A program made the translations under genes and the position numbers. A stretch of DNA of 64,000 nucleotides from an uncultured Erysipelotrichaceae bacterium (GTDB lineage Bacteria > Bacillota_I > Bacilli_A > RFN20 > CAG-826): positions 181 through 64,180 of the forward strand of contig CACWSI010000003.1 of assembly GCA_902763555.1 (NCBI GenBank). Direction: 5' to 3'. Of this stretch, positions 18,416 to 29,446 are shown one piece after another. Below the pieces are notes generated by a model. It did not search any database. It saw only the letters and a list, made by a program, of their open reading frames with translations, and was not told the origin of the DNA. How positions within the stretch are numbered: the first letter of the stretch is position 1; the number at the start of each line of letters is the position of its first letter.

Positions 18416-20335
18416 ATGTCAGCTGCATTCACAAACAAAGAAAGAACTCCGTTTTTTAAAGTTGTTCGCCGTGGTGCAACAAAAACATTTACATTCTTAG
18501 GCGTTCCTGCAAACTCCATTTTAATTATGTTTGCAGTTATTCTTTTGATTTTAAATGTTTTCCCTTTTATTTCTCTTTTAGTATCTTCACTCACTGCTTC
18601 TGGTAAAGGCATTGTTCCTGTTGATCACTGGGAAATCGATGTCTGGAATGCTTGGGCAGATGGTGATAGAGATTATTTAAACGCCGGTCAATTTACTTTC
18701 TATAACTGGTGGTCTATTTTGTTTAATTCAAAATTAGCAGTTGGTAATTTCTGGCTACCTCTTGCAAGAAGCTTACTCGTCTCTATCTTTGCATGTATCT
18801 TCGCAATTGCATTTGGTGGCATAATGGCATTCTTAATTACTCGAACAAATATGCCATTTAAGAAATTTATCGGTGCTGTTTTTATTTTCCCTTACATCAT
18901 GCCTCAATGGACACTAGCGTTGTTCTGGAAGAACTTCTTTGTGACCACCGCGTCTGGATTCTCCGCCTTTGGTGGTGAATTCCAAGCTTTAACTCATATC
19001 ATGGTTCCAAATTGGATGATATTTGGATGGTTCCCAATTGCTATGGTCCTTGGCCTACACTATACCCCATTCGCGTATATTCTCATTGGTGGTGCTCTTC
19101 GTAATATGGATAGCAACCTCGAAGAAGCAGCAACAATTTTAAATATTCCTAGGTGGAAACGTTTTACCAAAGTGACGGTTCCAATGCTAAAACCAGCATT
19201 ATTCTCAACGATCTTGCTTGTTTTCTCATCGGCTATGTCTTCATATTCTGTTCCTACAACCTTAGGTAATCCGGTTCAATTCTACACGTTAGCAACGCGT
19301 ATGAAAGGATTGATTGAAGGTTCTGGTGGTAGAAATATCGGTTCAGGTTATGCTGTTGCGATTGTCTTAATTCTTATCGGTGTCGTAATGCTTATCATGA
19401 ATCAATTACAAACAGGTTCTCGTAAGCAATTCACTACAGTTACCGGTAAATCCGGACAAATTAGTAAACGCAATCTTGGTAAAATCGGTCGTTGGATTAC
19501 CGGTGGTGTCGTTTGCTTCTTCGTGGCAATCACCTGCTTCGGTCCAATGATTTCCTTCTTCCTAGAATCACTCTTACCGAACTCTGGTGACTTCTCAAGC
19601 GGCTTATCATTCAAGGCTTGGATTTCAAAAGAACCAATTGGTAATGCTTCCGCTGGATATGTTGGTTTATTAAATGAAAAACGTGTCTGGTCATCATTAC
19701 TCGGTTCATTTGGTTTATCGTTAGCCTGTGGCTTCTTTGCGGGTCTATTCGGCTTGTTAATTGGTTATGCAGTTTCAAGAAAGAGAAAGTCAGTACTTGG
19801 CGCTGTGGTTAATAACGTCGCATTCTTCCCGTACTTGATGCCATCTGTCGCGCTTTCATTAATCTTTATGCTTGTCGCCACTAAGTTAGGTGTCCCAGCA
19901 TCAAGCGCTACTGTTGGTATTTTTATCGTGATGGTGGTAGTGGGTGTTATTAAATACATCCCATTTGCCTCAAGAACATCACTTAATGCGATGCTACAGT
20001 TATCCGCGGAAATTGAAGAAGCTGGTCTTATCATGCATATCCCATGGTGGAAACGTATGACACACATCATCTTCCCAATTCAAAAGGCCGCGATTATATC
20101 TGGTTTCTTATTACCATTTATATCCTGTATGAGAGAATTAGACTTGTTCGTCTTCCTCGGCAGTGATTATTTCATTCTTACACGTTTCATGTTTATGCTC
20201 GAAGATACTGGCGTTGCCGCTTTAGAGAACGCCGCAAACTTCTTGCTTATTGTTATCATCCTAGCAGCTAACTACCTAGTCAACTTCTTGACTGGTGCTT
20301 CTATGGATAAAGGAATTGGAGGTTCAGCAAAATAA
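18416..20335 (+). CDS. ABC transporter permease with duplicated transmembrane domains (p69/FbpB/ThiP-like, ~12 TM)
   Basis: 639 aa with two BPD_transp_1-like halves, each carrying an EAA-like loop. Confidence 0.75.
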   Translation: MSAAFTNKERTPFFKVVRRGATKTFTFLGVPANSILIMFAVILLILNVFPFISLLVSSLTASGKGIVPVDHWEIDVWNAWADGDRDYLNAGQFTFYNWWSILFNSKLAVGNFWLPLARSLLVSIFACIFAIAFGGIMAFLITRTNMPFKKFIGAVFIFPYIMPQWTLALFWKNFFVTTASGFSAFGGEFQALTHIMVPNWMIFGWFPIAMVLGLHYTPFAYILIGGALRNMDSNLEEAATILNIPRWKRFTKVTVPMLKPALFSTILLVFSSAMSSYSVPTTLGNPVQFYTLATRMKGLIEGSGGRNIGSGYAVAIVLILIGVVMLIMNQLQTGSRKQFTTVTGKSGQISKRNLGKIGRWITGGVVCFFVAITCFGPMISFFLESLLPNSGDFSSGLSFKAWISKEPIGNASAGYVGLLNEKRVWSSLLGSFGLSLACGFFAGLFGLLIGYAVSRKRKSVLGAVVNNVAFFPYLMPSVALSLIFMLVATKLGVPASSATVGIFIVMVVVGVIKYIPFASRTSLNAMLQLSAEIEEAGLIMHIPWWKRMTHIIFPIQKAAIISGFLLPFISCMRELDLFVFLGSDYFILTRFMFMLEDTGVAALENAANFLLIVIILAANYLVNFLTGASMDKGIGGSAK

Positions 20336-20336
20336 T

Positions 20337-21995
20337 ATGCCTAAAATCATTTTGACAAATGTCACAAAACGTTGGGGTAACTTCTTCGGCGTTGACAATA
20401 TTTCAATGGAACTTGAAGATAATGGCTTCATTACCTTACTTGGTCCTTCTGGATGTGGTAAAACCACAACATTACGTATGATTGCGGGTTTAGAAACTCC
20501 AACTTCCGGTAAAATTGTCATCGGCGATCAAGTCGTCTATGACTCTGAAGAAGGAATTAATGTTTCCGCTGCTAATCGTCATGTCGGATTCTTATTCCAA
20601 AACTATGCCTTGTGGCCACATATGACTGTTTATAAAAACATCACATTTGGTTTACAAGAATTACACGATAATTTACCACTCATTAATAGTGAGTATCTTA
20701 AATACATCGCTCTTTCTAAAGCCGTAACTAAAGTTACCGACATTAGAAAATTCCTCAACTATGCAGTTGATAAGAAAGGCAAAGTCGATAAAAACAAAGC
20801 CTGTTTATATTTAATTGATGGCTTTAAGATTTCTATGAGCGCTGCTAATGAATTATATGCTCTTAATTTTGATTCTAAGCCTTTAACTGAATGTAAGGAT
20901 TTCGCAGAACAAAAGAGGAAAGAATTCTTAGAAAAAGCCGAAAAGATTCGTAACACTGAAAAAGAAAAAGGTCGTATCTTCAACGACAATGGTGTTTATG
21001 TTGATGCAGAAGGAAAACCAATCATTAAATACCGTAAGTTAAATAAAGAAGAAATCGACTTAAGAGTCCGTCATGTGGCACGTATCGTTCACATTGGCGA
21101 ATTCATGGATCGTTATCCATCTGAATTATCAGGTGGTCAACAACAACGTGTCGCTATCGCAAGAACCTTAGCACCAGAGCCAAAAGTTATCTTCATGGAT
21201 GAACCATTATCTAACTTAGATGCTAAATTACGTTTAGAAATGCGTTCTGAATTAAAACGTTTACACCTTGATACAGGTTCAACATTCGTTTACGTGACCC
21301 ATGACCAACAAGAAGCTATGACTCTTGCGACACGTGTCTGCTTAATCAACAATGGTGTACTTCAACAATATGAACCACCATTAGATATCTTCAAAAAGCC
21401 TGCTAACTTATTTGTCGCAGACTTCATTGGTTCACCATCTATTAACTTTATTGAAGCGCGTCCAACCCAAAAGGGTGATGTGATTGAACTTGAAATGTTA
21501 AATGGTAGAACATTTGTGTTCATACCTAACAAGAAAGTCGATATCAACGAATTCTTCAAACAACGTGATGCTGAAATTCAAGCTAAAGAAGATGCTTTAG
21601 AAGAAGCAAAGAAACAACGTGGTTATGTTGAAAAAGAAAACGCTGATCGCCGCTTTAACTATCATATTCACACAGTTCATGGCGACATCGAAGCAGAAGA
21701 AGAACACGATATTCCAGATGATACACTTATCTTAGGCATTAGACCTGTCTTTATAAACATTAAAAACCAAAATAGTGGTTTAAAAGGTGAAATCTATAGT
21801 GCTCTTCCTACTGGTACTGAAACAACAGTTAAACTATCAATCGATGATTTCTTCTTAACATCTGTTGTATACGGTGATGTTGACTATGAAATGGGCGCGA
21901 AGATTAACGTCTCATTTGACACTAATAGAATTCTTCTATATGACCGTAAATCAGGCAAACTTATCACTGATGGTACATTGAAGATTAAACAATAA
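20337..21995 (+). CDS. ABC transporter ATP-binding protein (PotA/FbpC-like) with a large insertion and a C-terminal TOBE-like domain
   Basis: Walker A GPSGCGKTT, signature LSGGQQQR, Walker B IFMDEPLS. About 150 aa inserted between the Q-loop and the signature motif. ATG at 20337. Confidence 0.8.
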   Translation: MPKIILTNVTKRWGNFFGVDNISMELEDNGFITLLGPSGCGKTTTLRMIAGLETPTSGKIVIGDQVVYDSEEGINVSAANRHVGFLFQNYALWPHMTVYKNITFGLQELHDNLPLINSEYLKYIALSKAVTKVTDIRKFLNYAVDKKGKVDKNKACLYLIDGFKISMSAANELYALNFDSKPLTECKDFAEQKRKEFLEKAEKIRNTEKEKGRIFNDNGVYVDAEGKPIIKYRKLNKEEIDLRVRHVARIVHIGEFMDRYPSELSGGQQQRVAIARTLAPEPKVIFMDEPLSNLDAKLRLEMRSELKRLHLDTGSTFVYVTHDQQEAMTLATRVCLINNGVLQQYEPPLDIFKKPANLFVADFIGSPSINFIEARPTQKGDVIELEMLNGRTFVFIPNKKVDINEFFKQRDAEIQAKEDALEEAKKQRGYVEKENADRRFNYHIHTVHGDIEAEEEHDIPDDTLILGIRPVFINIKNQNSGLKGEIYSALPTGTETTVKLSIDDFFLTSVVYGDVDYEMGAKINVSFDTNRILLYDRKSGKLITDGTLKIKQ

Positions 21996-22103
21996 TTATC
22001 AACATTGATTAAGGTTGTCCAAAACCGCTTTAAACTATGTCGTGTTGAGGTGGGTTTGGCAATCATCCTTTCAAAGGACAAGTCGTTCATTGGAGCGGCT
22101 TGT

Positions 22104-22325
22104 TTATTTAATAATCTTCTCTGCTACTAGAGTAGATATACAACTGAACGCTGCGTTAATCGCGGCGTTTGTTTTTTCAAACACTGATAAGTTAGCGTCT
22201 ACATCTGCATAGCCAGGATTAATCATATATTTAACGATAGGGGAGAGTGAGTCTCTTTGTTCTTCCAAAACTTCTTTTTCTTCAGGACTACGCATGGTGA
22301 ATTTTCTTTTGTATGTTCTTGCCAT
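22104..22325 (-). CDS. Hypothetical 73-aa protein
   Basis: Strong RBS GAAGGAGG 8 nt upstream of ATG on the minus strand. Convergent with the ABC ATPase gene. Confidence 0.5.
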   Translation of the reverse strand: MARTYKRKFTMRSPEEKEVLEEQRDSLSPIVKYMINPGYADVDANLSVFEKTNAAINAAFSCISTLVAEKIIK

Positions 22326-22449
22326 TTAATAACCTCCTTCAAATAGAATAGCAAAGAAAAAAGTGGACGGAGGCTTTTTTACCTTGTCCACTTTTACATT
22401 AGCACTTCAATTAGGTGCCTTTTTTGTTACTCGCATATATAATGTAGAT

Positions 22450-23382
22450 ATGAAGAAACCAGGCAACAGAAATAAAGCGCGTGAAAAGGCGCCTGTTAAG
22501 AAGAATTACAACAACATCAAGGAATATAAGGTCACAAAAGAATGTGAGCTTTTAGAATTCCTTTTAGAGACATTTAAAAACCAATCAAGAAACTCTGTGA
22601 AGTCATTATTAAGTTCACACCGTGTCTCTATTGATGGTGCACCTGTTAGCCAATTTAACTTCAAATTATATCCAGAGGACACAATTATTATTTCTAATTC
22701 CCCAATTAAAAAGAAAACTAGAAGTAAATTACCAATTATTTATGAAGATGATGACATCATCGTTATTAATAAACCTAGTGGTCTACTTTCAGTAGCCTCT
22801 GATAATGAGAAATCATCCACAGCGTACCGCATGCTAAGTGATTATGTGCAACAAAAAGATAAACATAACCGTGTCTTCGTGGTCCATAGATTAGATGAAG
22901 ATACTTCTGGTGTCTTTATGATCGCGAAAAACGTGAAGATTCAACAAGCCTTACAAGAGAAGTGGAATGATATCGTTAAAAAACGTGGTTATTACGCGAT
23001 TGTAGAAGGCGTCATGGAAAAGAATAGTGACACGATTAAATCTTATTTAAAAAAGAATAGTCAAAACTTAATGTATTCTTCTAAAAAACCAGGCGATGGT
23101 CAATTAGCGATTACCCACTACAAAGTAATGAAAACTAATGGCACGTATTCCTTGCTTGATGTCAATATTGATACTGGTAGAAAGAATCAAATTCGTGTTC
23201 ACCTAGGTGAAAGAGGTCACCATATCATTGGTGATGATAAGTATGGCGAACCCGCTAATCCGATTAAAAGACTTGGCTTGCATGCTTATGAATTAGATTT
23301 TATTCATCCATTTACAGGTAAGCTAATGAAGTTTACCGCTCCTACTCCAAAAGAGTTTGGTGCATTATTTGAAAATAAATAG
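22450..23382 (+). CDS. RluA-family pseudouridine synthase with N-terminal S4-like domain
   Basis: HRLDEDTSGV catalytic motif. ATG 22450. The ORF-track N-terminal extension from 22363 translates a hairpin and is rejected. Confidence 0.75.
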   Translation: MKKPGNRNKAREKAPVKKNYNNIKEYKVTKECELLEFLLETFKNQSRNSVKSLLSSHRVSIDGAPVSQFNFKLYPEDTIIISNSPIKKKTRSKLPIIYEDDDIIVINKPSGLLSVASDNEKSSTAYRMLSDYVQQKDKHNRVFVVHRLDEDTSGVFMIAKNVKIQQALQEKWNDIVKKRGYYAIVEGVMEKNSDTIKSYLKKNSQNLMYSSKKPGDGQLAITHYKVMKTNGTYSLLDVNIDTGRKNQIRVHLGERGHHIIGDDKYGEPANPIKRLGLHAYELDFIHPFTGKLMKFTAPTPKEFGALFENK

Positions 23383-23396
23383 GTAAAATAGTATAT

Positions 23397-24422
23397 ATGA
23401 ACTTTTGGTTAGCTACTTCCTTAATCTTAGCGGTTACAGCAATCTATCTTATTATGATTGAATTCTTTTCTGTGGCCTTTAAGTTAACTGGACTTGCCAC
23501 TAATAAGATTAGATTCCAAGTAGCTTCATTATTTACAGGCGCTGGTTTTACCACACAAGAAAGTGAAATTATTACAAATGATAACCGCCGTAGAAGAATC
23601 GCTGTTGTCTGTATGTATACAGGTCATATCTTCTCTGTCGTTATCATGGGTTTAATCATTAACGTGTTAATTTCTATTGGTGAATCACTTAATGCGGATC
23701 GTCCCGCTAGAACATTTACCGAATGGTATTTCATTGTCTTCTATATTTCTCTTGGTGTATTCCTTTTGGTTTTATTCCTTAAAATTCCACCAATTAATAA
23801 GAAATTCCAAAAGTTATTAGAAAAAATTGCGATTAATACTTCTAAAGCAAGAAGAGAAACAAATATCATTACCGTCCTCGACTATTATGGTAGAAGTGCA
23901 ATCGTGGAAGTCGTTTTAAATAGGCTTCCAGAGTTCGCTAAAGAAGCATCTTTAGGTAATATGGCGTTAACTAAAAAATACGCCTTAATTCTTCTTTCTT
24001 TAAGAAGAGGCAATAGACGTGTGACTATTAGCAGAGACACAATGCTCGCTAAGGGCGATGTTATCGTTGCGTATGGCCATATCAACGATATTCGTGAATG
24101 CTTTATTAATTCACTTTCACAAAAAAAGAAAAATAACGATACAGTGGTTATTGATAACACTAATGAAATTCAATTAATCAATAACTATGGGGCTAATACT
24201 TTAATGGAAGTTGTGGTCCATGAAGTTCCTAAAGAACTCGATGGTATTAAAATGAAAGATAGCCATCTAACAGATCGCTATTCCATTCAAATCATTATTA
24301 TTAAAAGAAACAATGAATATCTCTTCGTTGATAAAGATATGATTATTGAAAAGAACGACATTGTGACCTTGTTTGGCCCATATGTTAATATCAAACACTT
24401 ATTCAATAACGAAGATAAATAA
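23397..24422 (+). CDS. Membrane protein with two C-terminal TrkA-C (RCK_C) domains
   Basis: N-terminal 4-TM region, then two RCK_C-like repeats (VVLNRLPEF...DVIVAYG, VVVHEVPKEL...DIVTLFG). Confidence 0.6.
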   Translation: MNFWLATSLILAVTAIYLIMIEFFSVAFKLTGLATNKIRFQVASLFTGAGFTTQESEIITNDNRRRRIAVVCMYTGHIFSVVIMGLIINVLISIGESLNADRPARTFTEWYFIVFYISLGVFLLVLFLKIPPINKKFQKLLEKIAINTSKARRETNIITVLDYYGRSAIVEVVLNRLPEFAKEASLGNMALTKKYALILLSLRRGNRRVTISRDTMLAKGDVIVAYGHINDIRECFINSLSQKKKNNDTVVIDNTNEIQLINNYGANTLMEVVVHEVPKELDGIKMKDSHLTDRYSIQIIIIKRNNEYLFVDKDMIIEKNDIVTLFGPYVNIKHLFNNEDK

Positions 24423-24424
24423 AG

Positions 24425-24448
24425 AAAAAAGCGCCACAGCGCTTTTCT
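24425..24448. terminator. Bidirectional terminator between the TrkA-C gene and typA
   Basis: AAAAAAGCGC-CACA-GCGCTTTTCTTTT. Confidence 0.6.
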
Positions 24449-24449
24449 T

Positions 24450-26276
24450 TTAAATTTCGCCTCTTCTCACATGAGAATCGTATTTCTTACGTTCCGCTGT
24501 GTTGAGGATTTTCTTTCTCATTCTATATGTTGATGGTGTGATTTCCACGAGTTCATCGCTATTGATATAGTCTAAGCAAGCTTCTAAGGACATCTTACGT
24601 GGTGTCTTTAAGACAACAGTATTATCTTTAGTAGCACTTCTTACGTTAGTTAAGTTCTTTTTAAGAACGCAGTTAACCGCTAAGTCGATATCATAACGGT
24701 TTTCACCGATAATCATACCTTCATAGACCATGACACCTGGTTCAATGAACATTGTGCCTCTTTCTTCAACGTGCTCAATAGCGTATGGAGTGGCTTGTCC
24801 TGTTTCAGTGGCTACTAAGACACCGATTTGTCTTTCGCCTAATGAAGCACCGGATACTGGGCGATATTCTTTATAGGTATGAGAGATAATGCCATACCCT
24901 TTAGTTAAGGTCATGAAATTGGTCATAAAGCCTAATAAACCACGAGATGGAATGACGTATTGGAGAATAGTAACTGTTTCTCTAGCGTCCATATTAACTA
25001 GCTCAGCATTTCTATTGCCTAAAGACATCATAATGTCACCAACATATTCATTTGGAACATCGATTAATAAGTCTTCATATGGTTCACATCTTTCGCCATC
25101 AATTTCTTTAATGATGACTTGTGGCTTACTGACTTCTAATTCAAAGCCTTCACGTCTCATGTTTTCGATTAAGATGGATAAGTGTAATTCACCTCTACCA
25201 GAGACAACCCAAGATTCTTTATTTGGGATTCTTTCGACTTTAAGAGCAACGTCTTTTTGTGTTTCTCTAAATAATCTTTCTTCAATCTTTCTCGCGGTTA
25301 ATAACTTACCGTCTTGACCAGATAATGGTGAAGAGTTAGTGCCGAATGTCATTTGCAAGGTTGGCTCATCAAGTCTAATTGGAGGTAATGGATCAACGTT
25401 ATTGAAGGCACCGATTGTTTCACCAACGTTAATATCGGTTAAGCCTGCGACTGCGACGATTTCACCAGCGGAAGCTTCTTCGATTTCTAATCTCTTTAAG
25501 CCTTGATAACCAAATAGCTTCATAACTCTGAAATTAGTGGTGGTGCCGTCAAGTCTAGCAACGGTAACGTTATCGTTGACATGGATTGTACCTTTTTTAA
25601 TTGTGCCTAAGCCAATTCTACCGACAAAGTCATTATAGTCTAATAAGGCGACTTGTAATTGAAGTGGAGCGTTAATATCCGCTTTTGGAGCAGGAATTTC
25701 TTTAATAATTGTGTCTAACAATGGTTCCATACCTGGTTTTTGCGTGGAAACATTAGCCTCTAAAGAGGATGTACCTTTTAAACCAGAAGTATAGATGACT
25801 GGGAATTCTAAGAATTCATCAGGAGCACCTAATTCAATGAAGAGTTCTAAGACTTCATCAAGAGTGCGTTCGATATCAATGTTATTTCTATCGACTTTAT
25901 TGATAACAACGATTGGTTTGATGTGAGCTTGTAAGGCTTTCTTCAAGACGAATCTTGTTTGAGGCATAGTGCCTTCGAAAGCGTCAACGAGCAATAAGCA
26001 ACCATCAACCATGTTCATAATTCTTTCAACTTCACCGCCGAAGTCAGCGTGTCCTGGAGTATCAAGAATGTTGATTTTTGTGTCTTTATAAATAATGGAT
26101 GTTGTTTTAGCAAGGATGGTAATGCCTCTTTCTCTTTCGATATCATTACTATCCATCGCTCTTTCGTTAACTTCTTCGTTGTCACGGAAGGTGCCGGAGG
26201 ATTTTAAAAGTTGGTCGACTAATGTGGTCTTACCATGGTCAACGTGTGCGATAATGGCAATGTTACGAATGTTCAT
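24450..26276 (-). CDS. typA: Translational GTPase TypA/BipA
   Basis: [23 protein letters not shown]-motifs. 608 aa. RBS AAGGAGGG. Confidence 0.95.
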   Translation of the reverse strand: MNIRNIAIIAHVDHGKTTLVDQLLKSSGTFRDNEEVNERAMDSNDIERERGITILAKTTSIIYKDTKINILDTPGHADFGGEVERIMNMVDGCLLLVDAFEGTMPQTRFVLKKALQAHIKPIVVINKVDRNNIDIERTLDEVLELFIELGAPDEFLEFPVIYTSGLKGTSSLEANVSTQKPGMEPLLDTIIKEIPAPKADINAPLQLQVALLDYNDFVGRIGLGTIKKGTIHVNDNVTVARLDGTTTNFRVMKLFGYQGLKRLEIEEASAGEIVAVAGLTDINVGETIGAFNNVDPLPPIRLDEPTLQMTFGTNSSPLSGQDGKLLTARKIEERLFRETQKDVALKVERIPNKESWVVSGRGELHLSILIENMRREGFELEVSKPQVIIKEIDGERCEPYEDLLIDVPNEYVGDIMMSLGNRNAELVNMDARETVTILQYVIPSRGLLGFMTNFMTLTKGYGIISHTYKEYRPVSGASLGERQIGVLVATETGQATPYAIEHVEERGTMFIEPGVMVYEGMIIGENRYDIDLAVNCVLKKNLTNVRSATKDNTVVLKTPRKMSLEACLDYINSDELVEITPSTYRMRKKILNTAERKKYDSHVRRGEI

Positions 26277-26294
26277 AAATGAGGCCCTCCTTAG

Positions 26295-26319
26295 AAAAAA
26301 CCTCTAATATCTTAGAGGA
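26295..26319 (-). terminator. Rho-independent terminator downstream of yfhO (minus strand)
   Basis: Reverse complement CCTCTAAGATATTAGAGG followed by TTTTTT. Confidence 0.55.
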
Positions 26320-26351
26320 GTAAACTATATAAAAGCAAGAGAAAATAACAA

Positions 26352-29300
26352 TTAATTTTCTCTATATATTTTGTCTAAATAGTGGTTTTTCTTCTTTTCG
26401 TGATACAAATAATAGCCAAACATTGAGGTAAAGAAACCAATGAAAGCGAAGGTTGAACCAAGATATGAAATATTCAAATATGGTGTTTGATAAGTCATTT
26501 CGTATGAATAATCACCAACCGGAGCAACGAAAGAAACAAAGCCACCATTAGCCTTATAAACTTTTAAATCACTGGTTTTACCAGTGGCATTATCTTTGGC
26601 TTTAATCTTCCAGCCATTATCAAACGCTACATAGGAGACCACTAATTTGCTAGAAGTATAGTTGGTTTTGAACGTGAATTTATCCGCGGAATATTTGATA
26701 TCAGTGACTGGATTAGCGTTTAACTTATCCCATCTATCACGATAGTGGGAAATATCTTCTGAATAGAATCTAACATTGCTATCGGAAGTATAACTTTCGA
26801 AGTATTTGCCACACACGGCGATTTTATAAACGTCTCTAGTGATGTAGAAGCCACGCATATAAGCAGTATTATCGCTTGTATCGTCATCATGAGCGTCCAT
26901 CATGAAGATTTTGTTATCTTTATCGATGAAATAGAAATTGTATTTTCTAGAGCCAGAGAATGGGGCACGAACATATAAAGATGTACCCGCTTTAAAGAGT
27001 GGCTCTCCATCATGCATTGGTGTATACATAGCGAAATATTTCATCGTATCTTCATCTAAATAGTTTGTAACTGGTTCAAAGTCTTTATCGATATCCGGAA
27101 TCTTAGCAAAATCATAAGATTTAGCGTATGTACCAACATGGTAAACAGCGTGTCTATAATCGATTGATTTATAGAGTGATTGAACAGAAGGAACTTCAGG
27201 TTTTTCACTCACTACGCTAATGCTATCAGACTTGATCTCTTCAGCATCTTCTTTAGAAACTGCCGCCATATTGGCTAAGGTAATACCATTTTTGACGCAG
27301 GTAATATCGTATCTAGAAACATCACACACTAATTCACCATCATAAATCGTGTCATAAGCATGACCAAAGGCATTCATGTTTTTGTTTTGATAAACCTTGT
27401 ATTCACTTGTTTCTAATTCCTTCATTTCTTCAAAATCATGAGGGACGTTAGCTAAATATCCGCCTTTATTATTTGCTTCGATGTTGTTATACATGCTCTT
27501 TGCTTTGCTGATAAAGTAGTACTTAACACCTAATAAATTATCTAAGTCTTGGTATTTACCACGATAGCTACCTGCAACGGCTTTTCTACCATCTCTTAAA
27601 CCATTCCACATTGTGAAATCATCAATTTCAAAGTTATATAAAGAGTGGAAGAAACTACCAGAATTATAACCGTTAATAAAACTATTATTGATACTCCATG
27701 CATCACCGATAGAGGTATAAACTCTATAGAATGATTTATCGGTCTTTTGCACTTGTGTTAAAACTTTTCTAAATCTCTCGTTAGCAGCGTAACCATTATT
27801 GTGTGTACCATCATAACCATGTCCACATGTAACAAAGTTACCAACAGCAATAGCTTCTGCGGATACAAGCGCGGTAACCACAATAAAGAATGCTTTCTTA
27901 TTGTAAATTAAGAACAACACAATCCAGACCGCTGTGGTATAGACAATCATAAGAATGAACGCTAGGGTGGTGAAGTTAAAGTTACCTTCCACAAAGCGGT
28001 ACATAAAGTCACTGCCATTCTTAGGCTCTTTAACCGCAATATGTTCTGTCAAAATCCAAGAAACAATAATACCAATTAAGGCAAATACATAACCAATATG
28101 AATATGCCATTTAGAAACATTAGGAATCTTATCTAAATATGTACCAACATAGGCAATTAAGATTGCGGGAACAATTAATGTCCATCTTGCATAGGCATTT
28201 GTCATACCCATGGTTAAGTAGTACATAAATGGGGTAAATAATGAGAAAAGAATTAACGCTAAAGCGATGTAGTGGGACCATTTCTTTTCTTTACCTGATT
28301 GAATAAAAGCCGGAACTAAGAACATGATAAATGGGATATAGCACCATAAAGAAACAGCGATATCATCAAAGTCCCAGTTATATAACTCTAAAGTTGGTAA
28401 TGAACGGCATGTTGTTGGTGGGAAGAAGAATTCAATAATTGGATACCAAATACGATTGCTAAAAATACGACCATGTTGATCAGGAGCTTTTTTCCAAGAG
28501 AATAATAATTGAAAGAAAGATTTAAAATCTTTAGCCGCTAATAATTTCTTTAATTCGCCAAAATAGGAATAACTATCAAGTTTTGGGGATGACATAGTGG
28601 CCATAAAAGCGGGTATAAACACAAATCCCGCCATTAATAGACCAACAGCATAACCAGCAAAGCCTAATCCTAATAATCTAAAGTTCTTCTTTGCGTCGTT
28701 TGTTCTAATTCTTTGGAAGAAACGGAACATCGCATAGAAGAAAGTGGTGATAAGATAAGGCACCATTAAGACATAGTTACAAATAGCAAGGAAGAAGACA
28801 CCTAAGGCTAAAACCCATGGTTTTTCTTCTTGTAATGTCTTTTCAATACCTAATAAAACGATTGGCAAGAACACTAAAATGTCTTGGTAGTTGTTATACC
28901 AAAGATAGAAAGCACCCCAACCACAGAAGGCATAAGCAATACCACATATAAATGAAACAGATTCTTTAACTTTGAAGGCCTTCTTCACATAGATTGAGAA
29001 GAATAAACCCGCACAAGCAAGCTTAATCATTGATGTGATAGCGACACTATGAGGCACAAAGACTCTTGGCAATAGGACTATGATGATATTAAATGGTGAG
29101 AATAAACCATAGTAGGCATTAGAACCTAATGAGTTAGCGCCTAAATATAGTTCTGGATCAAACAAGGTAAAGTGGCCAGTATTAATCCAGTCATGATAAT
29201 AATCCCAAATATGGTATCCCATAGGAATATATTGCGCGGTATAGTCACCACCATAGGCTAAAGTGAACCCATTTTGTACGAGCATTAACATATAAAAGCC

Positions 29301-29441
29301 AATGCTGATAACAATGAGTATTAAGAAATAATAAAACGTATTTGAAAAGCGGAAGTTTTTAAACTTCTCGACGATCTTTTTCCACAATCCCATAAAAGGA
29401 TTAGGTTTTTTGTTCCTATCTTTTGCAAATACGATATCCAT
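26352..29441 (-). CDS. yfhO: YfhO-family polytopic membrane protein (putative glycosyltransferase for surface polymers)
   Basis: 1029 aa. Many TM helices and a large C-terminal extracytoplasmic domain. Confidence 0.7.
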   Translation of the reverse strand: MDIVFAKDRNKKPNPFMGLWKKIVEKFKNFRFSNTFYYFLILIVISIGFYMLMLVQNGFTLAYGGDYTAQYIPMGYHIWDYYHDWINTGHFTLFDPELYLGANSLGSNAYYGLFSPFNIIIVLLPRVFVPHSVAITSMIKLACAGLFFSIYVKKAFKVKESVSFICGIAYAFCGWGAFYLWYNNYQDILVFLPIVLLGIEKTLQEEKPWVLALGVFFLAICNYVLMVPYLITTFFYAMFRFFQRIRTNDAKKNFRLLGLGFAGYAVGLLMAGFVFIPAFMATMSSPKLDSYSYFGELKKLLAAKDFKSFFQLLFSWKKAPDQHGRIFSNRIWYPIIEFFFPPTTCRSLPTLELYNWDFDDIAVSLWCYIPFIMFLVPAFIQSGKEKKWSHYIALALILFSLFTPFMYYLTMGMTNAYARWTLIVPAILIAYVGTYLDKIPNVSKWHIHIGYVFALIGIIVSWILTEHIAVKEPKNGSDFMYRFVEGNFNFTTLAFILMIVYTTAVWIVLFLIYNKKAFFIVVTALVSAEAIAVGNFVTCGHGYDGTHNNGYAANERFRKVLTQVQKTDKSFYRVYTSIGDAWSINNSFINGYNSGSFFHSLYNFEIDDFTMWNGLRDGRKAVAGSYRGKYQDLDNLLGVKYYFISKAKSMYNNIEANNKGGYLANVPHDFEEMKELETSEYKVYQNKNMNAFGHAYDTIYDGELVCDVSRYDITCVKNGITLANMAAVSKEDAEEIKSDSISVVSEKPEVPSVQSLYKSIDYRHAVYHVGTYAKSYDFAKIPDIDKDFEPVTNYLDEDTMKYFAMYTPMHDGEPLFKAGTSLYVRAPFSGSRKYNFYFIDKDNKIFMMDAHDDDTSDNTAYMRGFYITRDVYKIAVCGKYFESYTSDSNVRFYSEDISHYRDRWDKLNANPVTDIKYSADKFTFKTNYTSSKLVVSYVAFDNGWKIKAKDNATGKTSDLKVYKANGGFVSFVAPVGDYSYEMTYQTPYLNISYLGSTFAFIGFFTSMFGYYLYHEKKKNHYLDKIYREN

Positions 29442-29446
29442 AAGTT

